From NCBI RefSeq assembly GCF_009914755.1, contig NC_060933.1: a stretch of 64,000 bases of DNA; one strand, given 5' to 3'. This document shows, piece by piece, positions 13,260-27,700 of the stretch (positions are counted from its first letter, which is position 1; every line of letters begins with the position of its first letter). The notes under the pieces were generated by a model. It saw only the letters and a program-made list of their open reading frames with translations. It was not told the origin of the DNA and searched no databases. This DNA is from the human T2T-CHM13v2.0 reference genome, Homo sapiens. The position numbers were made by a program, and so were the translations under genes.

Positions 13260-15795
13260 GAATGGAACGGAAAGGAATGGAATGGAATGGAATGGAATGG
13301 AATGGAATGGAATCAACGCGAGTGCAGGGTCATGGAATGGAATGGAATGCAATGGAATGGAATCTTCCGGAATGCAATGGAAAGGAATCAACCCGAGTAC
13401 AATGGAATGGAATGGAATGGAATGGAATGGAATGGAATGGAATGGAATGCAATGGAATGGAATCTTCCGGAATGGAATGGAATGGAATGGAATGGAATGG
13501 AATGCAATGGATTCAACTAGATTGCAATGGAATGGAATAGAATGGAATGGAATGGAATGGAATGGAATGGAATGGAATGGAATGGAATGGAATTAAACAG
13601 AATAGAATGGAATGGAATGGAATGGAACGGAACAGAACGGAACGGAAAGGAATGGAGTGCAATGGAATGGAATGGAATTGTATGGAATGGAATGGAACGG
13701 TACGGAATAGAATGGAATGGAAAGAATTGGAATGGAATGGAATGGAATGGAATGGAATGGAATGGAATGGAATGGAATCAACCCGAGTGCAGGGGAATGT
13801 AATGGAACGGAATGCAATGGAATGGAATCATCCGGAATGGAATGGAATGGAATGGAATGGAATGGAATCAACCTGAGCGCAATGGAATGGAGTGGAATGG
13901 AATGGAATGGAATGGAACAACCCGAATGGAATGGAATGTAATGGAGAGTAAGGGAGTTGAATAAAATCAATCCGAATGTAATGGAATGGAACGCAATGGA
14001 ATGGAATGGAATGGAATGGAATGGAATGGAATGCAATGGAATGGAATCAACCCGAGTGCAATCGAATGGAATCCAATGGAATGGAATGCAATGGAATGGA
14101 TTCAACTTGAATGGAATGGAAAGAATGGAATCATCACGAGTGGAATGGCATGGATTGGAATGGAATGGAATGGAATCAACCCGAGTATAGGGGAATGGAA
14201 TGGTATGGAATGCAATGGAGTGGAATCATCCGTAATGGAATGGAAAGGAATGGAATGGAATGGAATGGAATGGAATCAACTCGATTGCAATCGAATGGAA
14301 TGGAATGGAATTAACCCGAATAGAATGGAATGGAATGGAATGGAACGGAACGGAATGGAATGTAAGGGGATGGAATGGAATGGAACTGAAAGGAAGGGAA
14401 TGGAATGGAATAGAATAGAATGGAATGGAATCAACGCGAGTGCAGGGGAATGGAATGGAATGGAATGCAATGGAATGGAATCTTCCGGAATGGAATGGAA
14501 TGGAATGGAATGGAATGGAATGGAATGGAACGGAAAGGAATGGAATGGAATGGAATGGAATGGAATGGAATGGAATCAACGCGAGTGCAGGGTCATGGAA
14601 TGGAATGGAATGCAATGGAATGGAATCTTCCGGAATGCAATGGAAAGGAATCAACCCGAGTACAATGGAATGGAATGGAATGGAATGGAATGGAATGGAA
14701 TGGAATGGAATGCAATGGAATGGAATCTTCCGGAATGGAATGGAATGGAATGGAATGGAATGGAATGCAATGGATTCAACTAGATTGCAATGGAATGGAA
14801 TAGAATGGAATGGAATGGAATGGAATGGAATGGAATGGAATGGAATTAAACCGAATAGAATGGAATGGAATGGAATGGAACGGAACAGAACGGAACGGAA
14901 AGGAACGGAGTGGAATGGAATGGAATGGAATTGTATGGAATGGAATGGAACGGTACGGAATAGAATGGAATGGAAAGAATTGGAATGGAATGGAATGGAA
15001 TGGAATGGAATGGAATGGAATGGAATGGAATCAACCCGAGTGCAGGGGAATGTAATGGAACGGAATGCAATGGAATGGAATCATCCGGAATGGAATGGAA
15101 TGGAATGGAATGGAATGGAATGGAATGGAATGGAATCAACCCGAGCGCAATGGAATGGAGTGGAATGGAATGGAATGGAATGGAACAACCCGAATGGAAT
15201 GGAATGTAATGGAGAGTAAGGGAGTTGAATAAAATCAATCCGAATGTAATGGAATGGAACGCAATGGAATGGAATGGAATGGAATGGAATGGAATGGAAT
15301 GGAATGCAATGGAATGGAATCAACCCGAGTGCAATCGAATGGAATCCAATGGAATGGAATGAAATGGAATGGATTCAACTTGAATGGAATGGAAAGAATG
15401 GAATCATCACGAGTGGAATGGCATGGATTGGAATGGAATGGAATGGAATCAACCCGAGTATAGGGGAATGGAATGGTATGTAATGCAATGGAGTGGAATC
15501 ATCCGTAATGGAATGGAAAGGAAAGGAATGGAATGGAATGGAATGGAATCAACTCGATTGCAATCGAATGGAATGGAATGGAATTAACCCGAATAGAATG
15601 GAATGGAATGGAATGGAACGGAACGGAATGGAATGTAAGGGGATGGAATGGAATGGAACGGAAAGGAAGGGAATGGAATGGAATAGAATGGAATGGAATG
15701 GAATCAACGCGAGTGCAGGGGAATGGAATGGAATGGAATGCAATGGAATGGAATCTTCCGGAATGGAATGGAATGGAATGGAATGGAATGGAATG
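13260..15795 (+). repeat. Tandem duplication of ~1.27 kb (~13260-14520 / ~14523-15795)
   Basis: AGTGCAGGGTCATGG 13321/14584, GAGCGCAATGG 13875/15143, TGTAAGGGGATGG 14361/15634. Offsets are 1263-1273. Confidence 0.9.
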
Positions 15796-18700
15796 GAATG
15801 GAATTAACCCGAGTGCAATGGAATGGAATCGAAAGGAATGGAATGGAATGGAAAGGCTTCACCCCGAATGGAATGGAAAGGAATGGAATCAACCCGAGTG
15901 GAATGGAATGGAATGGAATGGAATGGAATGGAATGGAATGCAATGGAATGGAATGGAATGGAATCAACCCGATTGCAATGAAATTGAATGGAATGGAAGG
16001 GAATGGAATGGAATTAACCCGAATAGAATGGAATGGAATGGAAAGGAATGGTATGGAATGGAATGGATTTGAATGGAATCAACCCGGGTGCAGGGGAATG
16101 CAATTGAATGGAAGGAAATGGAATGCAATCATCCGGAATGGAATGGAATGGAATGGAATGGAATGGTTTCAACACGAATGGAATGGAATGGAATGGAATC
16201 AACCCGAGTAGAATGGCATGGAATGGAATGGAATGTAATGGAATGGAATGGAATGGAATGGTATGGAATAGAATGGAATGGAACGAAATGGAATGGAAGG
16301 GCATGGAATGGAATGGAATGGAATCAACCCGACTGCAATGGAATGGAGTGGAATGGAATGGAATGGAATGGAAACAACCCGAATGGAATGGAATGTAATG
16401 GAGTGTAAGGGAATTGAATACAATCAATACGAATGTAATGGAATGGAATGGAACGGAATGGAATGGAATGGAATGGAATGCAGTGCAATGGAATCAAACC
16501 TAGTGCAATGGAATGGAATGCAATGGAATGGAATGGAATGGAATGGAATGGAATGGAATGGAATGGAATGGATTCAACCCAAATGGAATGGAAAGCAATG
16601 GAATCAACCCGAGTGGAATGGCATGGAACGGAATGGAATGGAATGGTATGGAATAGAATGGAATGGAAAGAAATGGAATGGAATGGAATGGAATGGAATG
16701 GAATGGAATGGAATGGAAACGAATGGAATGGAATGGAATGGAATAGAATGGAATGGAACGAAATGGAATGGAATGGAACGGAATGGAATGGAATCAATCC
16801 GAGTGGAATGGAAGGGAATGCGTTCGAGTAGAATGGAAAGGAATGGAATCAAACAGAGTGGAATGGAAGGGAATGGAATGGAATGGAAACTAATAAAATG
16901 GAATCAACACGAGTGGAATGGAATGGAAAGGACTTGAATGGAATGGAGTGGAATGCAATGGAATCAACTCGATTGCAATGGAATGTAATGGAATGGAATG
17001 GAATGGAATTAATGCGAATAGAATGGATTGGAATGGAATGGAACGGAATGGAATGGAATGGAATGGAATGGAATCAAACTGAGTGCAGGGGAATGGAATG
17101 GAATGGAATGGAATAGAATGGAATGGAATGGAATGGAATTGAATAGAATGGAATGGAATGGAAGGGAATGGAATGGAATGGAATGGAATGGAATGGTACA
17201 GAATAGAATGGAATGGAACAAAATGGAATGGAATGGAATGGAATGGAACGGAATGGAATGGAATCAACTCGATTACAATGGAATGTAATGGAATGGAATG
17301 GAATGGAATTAACGCGAATAGAATGGAATGGAATGGAATGGAACGGAATGGAATGGAATGGGATGGAATGGAATCAATCTGAGTGCAGGGGAATGGAATG
17401 GAATGGAATGCAATGGAATGGAATGGAATGGAATGGAATGGAATGCAATGGAATCAACTAGATTGCAATGGGATGGAATGGAATGGAAGGGAATGGAAGG
17501 GAATGGAATGGAATGGAATTAACCTGAATAGAATGGAATGGAATGGAATGGAATGGAACGGAATGGAAGGGAATGGAATGGAATGGAATTAACCGGAACA
17601 GAATAGAATGGAATGGAATGGAACGGAATGGAATGGAATGGAATGGAATGAAATGCAATGGAATGGGATCAACCTGAGTGCAGGGGAATGGAATGGAATG
17701 GAATGCAATGGAATGGAATCAATCAACCCGAGTGCAATAGAATGCAGTGGAATGGAATGGAATGGAATGGAAAGTACCCGAATGGAATGGAATGTAATGG
17801 AGTGTAAGAGAATTAAAAAGAATCAATCCGAATGTAATGGAATGGAATGGAACGGAATGGAATGGAATGGAATGGAATGGAATGGAATGAAATGGAATGG
17901 CATGGAATGGAATGGAATCAACCCGAGTTGAATGGAATGGAATCGAATGGAATGGAATGGAATGGAATGGATTCAACCCGAATGGAATGGAAAGGAATGG
18001 AATAAACCCGAGTGAAATGGCATGGAAGGGAATGGAATGGAGTGGAATGGTAAGGAATAGAATGGAATGGAACGAAATGGAATGGAATGGAATGGAATGG
18101 AATGGAATGGGTTCAATTCGAATGGAATGGAAAGGAATGGAATCAACCCGAGTGTAATGGCATGGAATGGAATGGAATGGAATGGAATGGAATGGAATGG
18201 AATGGAATGGATTCAACCCGAATGGAATGGAAAGGAATGGAATAAACCCGAGTGGAATGGCATGGAATGGAGTGGAATGGAATGGAATGGAATGGAATGG
18301 AATGGAATGGAATGGAATTAACCCTAATAGAATGGAATGGAATGGAATGGAATGGAATGGAATGGAATGGAAGGGAATGGAATGGAATGGAATGGAATGG
18401 AATTAACCCGAATAGAATGGAGTGGAATGGAATGGAATGGAATGGAATCAACTCGATTTCAATTGAATGGAATGGAATGGAATGGAAGGGAATGGAAGGG
18501 AATGGAATGGAATTGAATGAAATTAACCCGAATGGAATGGAATGGAATGGAATGGAATGGAATGGAATGGAATGGAATGGAATAGAATGGAATCCAACCG
18601 AGTGCAGGGGAATGGAATGGAATGGAATGCAATGGAATGGAATCATACGGAATGGAATGGAATGGAATGGAATGCAATGGAATGGAATGGAATCAACCCG

Positions 18701-21700
18701 ATTGCAATGGAATGGAGTGGAATGGAATGGAATGGAATGGAAACAACCCGAATGGAATGGAATGTAATGGAGAGTAAGGGAATTGAATAGAATCAATACG
18801 AATGTAATGGAATGGAATGGAACAGAATGGAATGCAATGGAATGGAATGGAATGCAATGGAATGGGATCAACCCGAGTGAAATGTAATGGAATCAAAAGG
18901 AATGGAATGGAATGGAATGGTTTCAACCCGAATGTAATGGAAAGGAATGGAATCAACCCGAGTGGAATGGAATCGAATGGAATGGAATGCAATGGGTTCA
19001 ACTCGAATGGAATGGAAAGGAATGGAATCAACCCGAGTGGAATGGCATGGAATGGAATGGAATGGAATGGAATGGAATGGAATGGAATGGAATGGATTCA
19101 ACCCGAATGGAATGGAACGGAATGGAATAAACCCGAGTGGAATGGCATGGAATGGAGTGGAATGGAATTGAATGGAAGGGAATGGTACGGAATAGAATGG
19201 AATGGAACGAAATGGAATGGAATGGAATGGAATGGAATGGAATGGAATGAACCCGTGTGCAATTGAATGGAATCGAATGGAATGGAATGCAATGGAATGG
19301 ATTCAACTAGAATGGAATGGAAAGGAATGGAATCAACCCGAGTGGAATGGCATGGCATGGAATGGAATGGAATGGAATGGAAAAGAATGGCACGGAATAG
19401 AATGGAATGGAACGAAATGGAATGGAATGGAATGGAATGGAATGGAATGGAATGGAATGGAATGGATTCCACCCGATTGCAGGGGAATGGAATGGAATGG
19501 AATGCAATGGAATGGAATGGAATGGATTCAACCTGAATGAAATGGAAAGGAACGGAATCAACCCGAGAGGAATGGCATGGAATGGAATGGAATGGAATGG
19601 AATGGAATGGTACGGAATAGAATGGAATGGAACGAAATGGAATGGAATGGAATGGAATGGAATGGAATGGAATCAACCTGAGTGCAATGGAATGGAGGGA
19701 AGGGAATGTAATGGAACGGAAACAACACGAATGGAATGGAATGTAAAGGAGTGTAAGGGAATTGAATACAATCAAACCGAATGTAATGGAATGGAATGGA
19801 ACGGAATGGAATGGAATGGAATGCAATGGAATGGAATGGAATGGAATGGAATGGAATGGAATGGAATGAAATGGAATGGCAGGGAATGGAATGGAATCAA
19901 CCCAAGTGCAATGGAATGGAATGGAATGGAATGGAATGGAATGGAATGGATTCAACACGAATGGAATGGAAAGGAATGGAATAAACCCGAGTGGAATGGC
20001 ATGGAATGGAATGCAATGGAATGGAATGGTACGGAATAGAATGGAATGGAACGAAATGGAATGGAATGGAATGGAATGGAATGGAATGGAATCAACCTGA
20101 GTGCAATGGAATGGAATGGAATGGAATGGAACGGAATGGAAACAACCCGAATGGAATGGAATGTAATGGAGTGTAAGGAATTGAATACAATCAATCCGAA
20201 TATAATGGAATGGAATGGAACGGAATGGAATAGAATGGAATGCAGTGGAATGGAATCAAACCTAGTGCAATGGAATGGAATGGAATGGAATGGAATGGAA
20301 TGGAATGGAATGGATTGGATTCAACCCAAATGGAATGGAAAGCAATAGAATCAACCCGAGTGGAATGGCATGGAATGGAATAGAATGGAATGGAATGGAA
20401 TGGTACGGAATAGAATGGAATGGAACGAAATGGAATGGAATGGAATGGAATGGAACGGAATGGAATGGAATCAACTCGATTGCAATGGAATGTAATTGAA
20501 TGGAATGGAATGGAATGGAATTAACGTGAATAGAATGGAATGGAATGGAATGGAACGGAATGGAATGGAATTGGATGGAATGGAATCAATCTGAGTGCAG
20601 GGGAATGGAATGGAATGGAATGCAACGGAATGGAATGGAATGGAATGGAATGCAATGGAATGGAATGGAATGGAATGGAATGCAATGGAATCAACTCGAT
20701 TGCAATGGGATGGAATGGAATGGAATGGAATGGAATGGAAGGGAATGGAATGGAATGGAATTAACCTGAACAGAATGGAATGGAATGGAATGGAACGGAA
20801 TGGAATGGAATGGAATGGAATGGAATGCAATGGAATGGGATCAACCCGAGTGCAGGGGAATGGAATGGAATGGAATGCAAAGGAATGGAATCAATCAATC
20901 CGAGTGCAATAGAATGCAGTGGAATGGAATGGAATGGAATGGAAAGTACCCGAATGGAATGGAATGTAATGGAGTGTAAGGGAATTAAAAAGAATCAATC
21001 CGAATGTAATGGAATGGAATGAAACGGAATGGAATGGAATGGAATGGAATGGAATGGAATGGAATGAAATGGAATGGCATGGAATGGAATGGAATCAACC
21101 CGAGTTCAATGGAATGGAATCGAATGAAATGGAATGGAATCGAATGGATTCAACGCGAATGGAATGGAAAGGAATGGAATAAACCCGAGTGAAATGGCAT
21201 GGAAGGGAATGGAATGGAATGGAATGGTAAGGAGTAGAATGGAATGGAACTTAATGGAATGGAATGGAATGGAATGGAATGGAATGGAATGGAATGGAAT
21301 GAACCCGTGTGCAATGGAATGGAATGGAATGGAATGGAATGAACCCGTGTGCAATGGAATGGAATGGAATGGAATGGAATGGAATGGAATGGAATGGGTT
21401 CAACTCGAATGGAATGGAAAGGAATGGAATCAACCCGAGTGGAATGGCATGGAATGGAATGGAATGGAATGGAATGGAATGGAATTGAATGGAATGGAAT
21501 CAACCCGAGTGCAGGGGAATGGAATGGAATGGAAGGCAATGGAAGGGAATCATCCGGAATTGAATGGAATGGAATGGAATGGAATGGAATGAACTCGATT
21601 GAAATGGAATGGAATGGAATGGAATGGAATGGAATGGAATGGAATGGAATTAACCCTAATAGAATGGAATGGAATGGAATTGAATGGAATGGAATGGAAT

Positions 21701-24700
21701 GGAATGGAATGGAATGGAATGAAATTAACCCGAATAGAATGGAATGGAATGGAATGGAATGGAATGGAATGGAATGGAATGGAATGGAATGGAATGGAAT
21801 GGAATCAACTCGATTTCAATGGAATGGAATGGAAAGGAATGGAATGGAATGAAAGGGAATGGAATGGAATGGAATGAAATTAACCCGAATAGAATGGAAT
21901 GGAATGGCATGGAATGGAATGGAATGGAATGGAATGGAATGGCATGGAATGGAATGGAATGGAATTGAATGGAATGGAATAGAATGGAATCCACCCGAGT
22001 GCAGGGGAATGGAATGGAATGGAATGCAATGGAATGGAATCATACGGAAAGGAATGGAAAGGAATGGAATGGAATGGATTCAACCCGAATGGAATGGAAA
22101 GGAATGGAATAAACCCGAGTGAAATGGCATGGAAGGGAATGGAATGGAATAGAATGGTAAGGAATAGAATGGAATGGAACGAAATGGAATGGAATGGTAT
22201 GGAATGGAATGGAATGGAATGGAATGGAATGGGTTCAACTAGAATGGAATGGAAAGGAATGGAATCAACCCGAGTGGAATGGCATGGAATGGAATGGAAT
22301 GGAATGGAATGGAATGAAACCGATTGCAATGTAATGGAATTGAATGGAATGGAATGGAATGGAATGGAATGAATTCAACCCGAATGGAATGGAAAGGAAT
22401 GGAATAAACCCGAGTGGAATGGCATGGAATGGAGTGGAATGGAATGGAATGGAATACTACGGAAGAGAATGGAATGGAACGAAATGGAATGGAATGGAAT
22501 GGAATGGAATGGAATGGAATGAACACGTGAGCAATGGAATGGAATCGAATGGAATGGAATGGAATGGAACGGATTCAACTCGAATGGAATGGAAAGGAAT
22601 GGAATCAACCCGAGTGGAATGGCATGGAATGGAATGGAATGGAATGGAATTAACGCAAATAGAATGGAATGGAAAGGAATGGAACGGAATGGAATGGAAA
22701 GGAATGGAATGGAATCAATCTGAGTGCAGGGGAATGGAATGGAATGGAATGCAATGGAATGGAATGGAATGGAATGCAATGGAATCACCTCGATTGCAAT
22801 GGCATGGAATGGAATGGAATGGAATGGAATGCAATGGAATGGAATCAATCAACCCGAGTGCAATAGAATGCAGTGGAATGGAATGGAATGGAATGGAATG
22901 GAATGGAATGAAATTGAATGGCAGGGAATGGAATGGAATCAACCCGAGTGCAAAGGAATGGAATGGAATGGAATGGAATGGAATGGAATGGAATGGATTC
23001 AACCCGAATGGAATGGAAAGGAATGGAATAAACCTGAGTGGAATGGCATGGAATGGAATGGAATGGAATGGAATGGTACGGAATAGAATGGAATGGAACG
23101 AAATGGAATGGAATGGAATGGAATGGAATGGAATCAACCTGAGTGCAATGGAATGGAGTGGAATGGAATGTAATGGAATGGAAACAACCCGAATGGAATG
23201 GAATGTAATGGAGTGTAAGGGAATTGAATACAATCAATCCGAATGTAATGGAATGGAATGGAACGGAATGGAATGGAATGGAATGCAGTGGAATGGAATC
23301 AAACCTAGTGCAATGGAATGGAATGGAATGGAATGGAATGGAATGGAGTGGAATGGAATGGAATCAATCTGAGTGCAGGGGAATGGAATGGAATGGAATG
23401 CAATGGAATCGAATGGAATGCAATGGAATGGAATGGAATGCAATGGAATCAACTAGATTGCAATGGGATGGAATGGAATGGAATGGAATGGAAGGGAATG
23501 GAATGGAATGGAATTAACCTGAACAGAATGGAATGGAATGGAATGGAACGGAATGGAAGGGAATGGAATGGAATGGAATTAACCTGAACAGAATGGAATG
23601 GAATGGAATGGAATGGAATGGAATGGAATGGAATGGAATGCAATGGAAGGGGATCAACCCGAGTGCAGGGGAATGGAATGGAATGGAATGCAATGGAATG
23701 GAATCAATCAACCCGAGTGCAATAGAATGCAGTGGAATGGAATGGAATGGAATGGAAAGTACCCGAATGGAAAGGAATGTAATGGAGTGTAAGGGAATTA
23801 AAAAGAATCAATCCGAATGTAATGGAATGGAATGGAACGGAATGGAATGGAATGGAATGGAATGGAATGGAATGGAATGGAATAGCATGGAATGGAATGG
23901 AATCAACCCGAGTTCAATGGAATGGAATCGAATGGAATGGAGTGGAATGGAATGGATTCAACCCGAATGGAATGGAAAGGAATGGAATAAACCCGAGTGA
24001 AATGGCATGGAAGGGAATGGAATGGAATGGAATGGTAAGGAATAGAATGGAATGGAACGAAATGGAATGGAATGGAATGGAATGGAATGGAATGGAATGG
24101 AATGGAATGAACCCGTGTGCAATGGAATGGAATGGAATGGAATGGAATGGGTTCAACTAGAATGGAATGGAAAGGAATGGAATCAACCCGAGTGGAATGG
24201 CATGGAATGGAATGGAAAAGAATGGAATGGAATGGAATGGAATGGAATGGAATGGAATGGAATGAAATGGAATGGAAGGGAATGGATTGAAATGGAATGG
24301 AATGGAATGGAATCAACCCGAGTGCAATGTAATGGAATTGAATGGAATGGAATGGAATGTAATGGAATGAATTCAACCCGAATGGAATGGAAAGGAATGG
24401 AATAAACCCGAGTGGAAAGGCATGGAATGGAGTGGAATGGAATGGAAGAGAATACTACGGAAGAGAATGGAATGGAACGAAATGGAATGGAATGGAATGG
24501 AATGGAATGGAATGGAATGAACACGTGAGCAATGGAATGCAATGGAATGGAATGGAATGGAATGGAATGGATTCAACTCGAATGGAATGGAAAGGAATGG
24601 AATCAACCCGAGTGGAATGGCATGGAATGGAATGGAATGGAATTTAATGGAACGGAATGGAATGGAATCAATTCGATTGCAAAGGAATGTAATGGAATGG

Positions 24701-27700
24701 AATGGAACGGAATTAACGCAAATAGAATGGAATGGAAAGGAATGGAACGGAATGGAATGGAAAGGAATGGAATGGAATCAATCTGAGTGCAGGGGAATGG
24801 AATGGAATGGAATGGAATGGAATGGAATGGAATGGAATGGAATGGATTCAACCCAAATGGAATGGAAAGGAATGGAATAAACCCGAGTGGAATGGCATGG
24901 AAGGGAATGGAATGGAATGGAATGGTACGGAGTAGAATGGAATGGAACGAAATGGAAAGGAATGGAAAGGAATGGAATGGAACGGAATGAACCCGTGAGA
25001 AATGGAATGGAATGGAATGGGTTCAATTCGAATGTAATGGAAAGGAATGGAATCAACCCGAGTGCAATGGCATGGAATGGAATGGAATGGAATGGAATGG
25101 AATGGAATGGAATGGAATGGATTCAACCCGAATGGAATGGAAAGGAATGGAATAAACCCGAGTGGAATGGCATGGAATGGAGTGGAATGGAATGGAATGG
25201 AATGGAATGGAATGGAATGGAATTAACCCTAATAGAATGGTATGGAATGGAATGGAATGGAATGGAATGGAAGGGAATGGAATGGAATGGAATGGAATTA
25301 ACCCGAATAGAATGGAATGGAATGGAATGGAATGGAATGGAATGGAATGGAATCAACTCGATTTCAATGGAATGGAATGGAATGGAATGGAAGGGAATGG
25401 AATGGAATGGAATAAAATTAACCCGAATAGAATGGAATGGAATGGAATGGAAAGGAATGGAATGGAATAGAATGGAATCCAACCGAGTGCAGGGGAATGG
25501 AATGGAATGGAATGCAATGTAATGGAATCATACGGAATGGAATGGAATGGAATGGAATGCAATGGAATGGAATGGAATCAACCCGATTGCAATGGAATGG
25601 AGTGGAATGGAATGGAATGGAATGGAAACAACCCGAATGGAATGGAATGGAAAGGAATCGAATGGAATCAACCTGAGTGCAGGGGAATGGAATGGAATGG
25701 AATGCAATGGAATGTAATGGAATGGAATGCAATGGAATCAACTCGATTGCAATGGGATGGAATGGAATGGAATTTAAGGGAAAGGAATGGAATGGAATTA
25801 ACCTGAACAGAATGGAATGGAATGGAATGGAACGGAATGGAATGGAATGGAATGGAATGGAATGAACCCGTGTGCAATGGAATGGAATGGAATGGAATGG
25901 AATGGAATGGAATGGGTTCAACACGAATGGAAGGGAAAGGAATGGAATCAACACGAGTGGAATGGCATGGAATGGAATGGAATGGAATGGAATGGAATGG
26001 AATGAAATGAAATGTAATGGAATGGAATGGAATGGAATTAACCCGAGTGCAGTGTAATGGAATCGAATGGAATGGAATGGAATGGAATGGATTCAACACG
26101 AATGGAATGGAAGGGAAGGGAATAAACCCGAGTGGAATGGCATGGAGTGGAGTGGAATGGATTGGAAAGGAATAGAATGGAATGGTACGGAATAGAATGG
26201 AATGGAACGAAATGGAATGGAATGGAATGCAATGGAATGGAATGGAATGGAATGGAATCAACCCGAGTGCAGGGGAATGGAATGGAATTGAAGGCAATGG
26301 AATGGAATCATCCGGAATTGAATGGAATGGAATGGAATCAACTCGATTGCAATGGAATGGAATGGAATGGAATGGAATGGAATGGAATGGAATGGAATGG
26401 AATGCAATGGAATGGAATGGAATTAACCCGAATAGAATGGAATGGAATGCAATGGAAGTAAATGGAATGGAAGGTAATGAACCCGAGTGCAGGGGAATGG
26501 AATGGAATGGAATGCAATGGAATGGAGTCATCCGGAATGGAACGGAAAGGAATGGAATGGAACCAACCCGTGTGCAATGGAATTGAAAGGAATGGAATGG
26601 AATGGAATGGAATGGAATGGAATGGATTCAACCCGAATGGAATGGAAAGGAAGGGAATCAACCCAAGTGGAATGGCATGGAATGGAATGGATTGGAATGG
26701 AATGGAATGGAATGCTACCGAATAGAATGGAATGGAACGAAATGGAGTAGAATGGAATGGAATGGAATGCAATCAACCCGAATGCAATGGAATGGAGTGG
26801 AATGGATTGGAATGGAATGGAAACAACCTGAATGGAATGGAATGAAATGGAGTGTAAGGGAATTGAATACAATCAAACCGAATGTAATGGAATGGAATGG
26901 AACGGAATGGAATGGAATGGAATAGAATGGAATGCAGTGGAATGGAATCAAACCTAGTGCAATGGAATGGAATGGAATGGAATGGAAATGAATAGAATGG
27001 AATGGAATGGAATGGAATGGAATGGAATGGAATGGATTCAACCCGAATGGAATGGAAATGAATGGAATAAACCCGAGTGGAATGGCATGGAATGCAAAGG
27101 AATGGAATGGAATGGTACGGAATAGAATGGAAAAGAACGAAATGGAATGGAATGGAATGGAATGGAATGGAATGGAAGGGAATGGAATGGAATGCAGTGG
27201 AATGGAATCAAACCTAGTGCAATGGAATGGAATGGAATGGAATGGAATGGAATGGAATGGAATGGAATGGAATGGATTGGATTCAACCCAAATGGAATGG
27301 AAAGCAATGGAATAAACCCGAGTGGAATGACATGGAAGGCCATGGAATGGAATGGAATGGTAAGGAATAGAATGGAATGGAACGAAATGGAATGGAATGG
27401 AATGGAATGAAATGGAATGGAATGAACCCGTGTGCAATGGAATGGAATGGAATGGAATGGAATGGAATGGAATGGGTTCAACTAGAATGGAATGGAAAGG
27501 AATGGAATCAACCCGAGTGGAAACGCATGGAATGGAATGGAATGGAATGGAGTGAAATGGAATGGAAGGGAATGGATTGAAATGGAATGGAATGGAATGG
27601 AATCAACCCGAGTGCAACGTAATGGAATGGAATGGAATGGAATGTAATGGAATGAATTCAACCCGAATGGAATGGAAAGGAATGGAAAAAACCCGAGTGG

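Larger units (their letters stand above)
1..15800 (+). repeat. HSat3 sub-domain A1 (dialect A)
   Basis: Diagnostic words GGATTCAACTTGAATGGAATGGAAAGAATGG, CATCCGTAA, CAACGCGAGTGCAGGGG, GGAATCTTCCGG, GAGAGTAAGGGAGTTGAATAG and CGTTCCGAGTGGAATAGGAGGG recur. The last CTTCCGG is at ~15750; dialect-B words start at ~15855 (GGCTTCACCCC). Confidence 0.8.
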
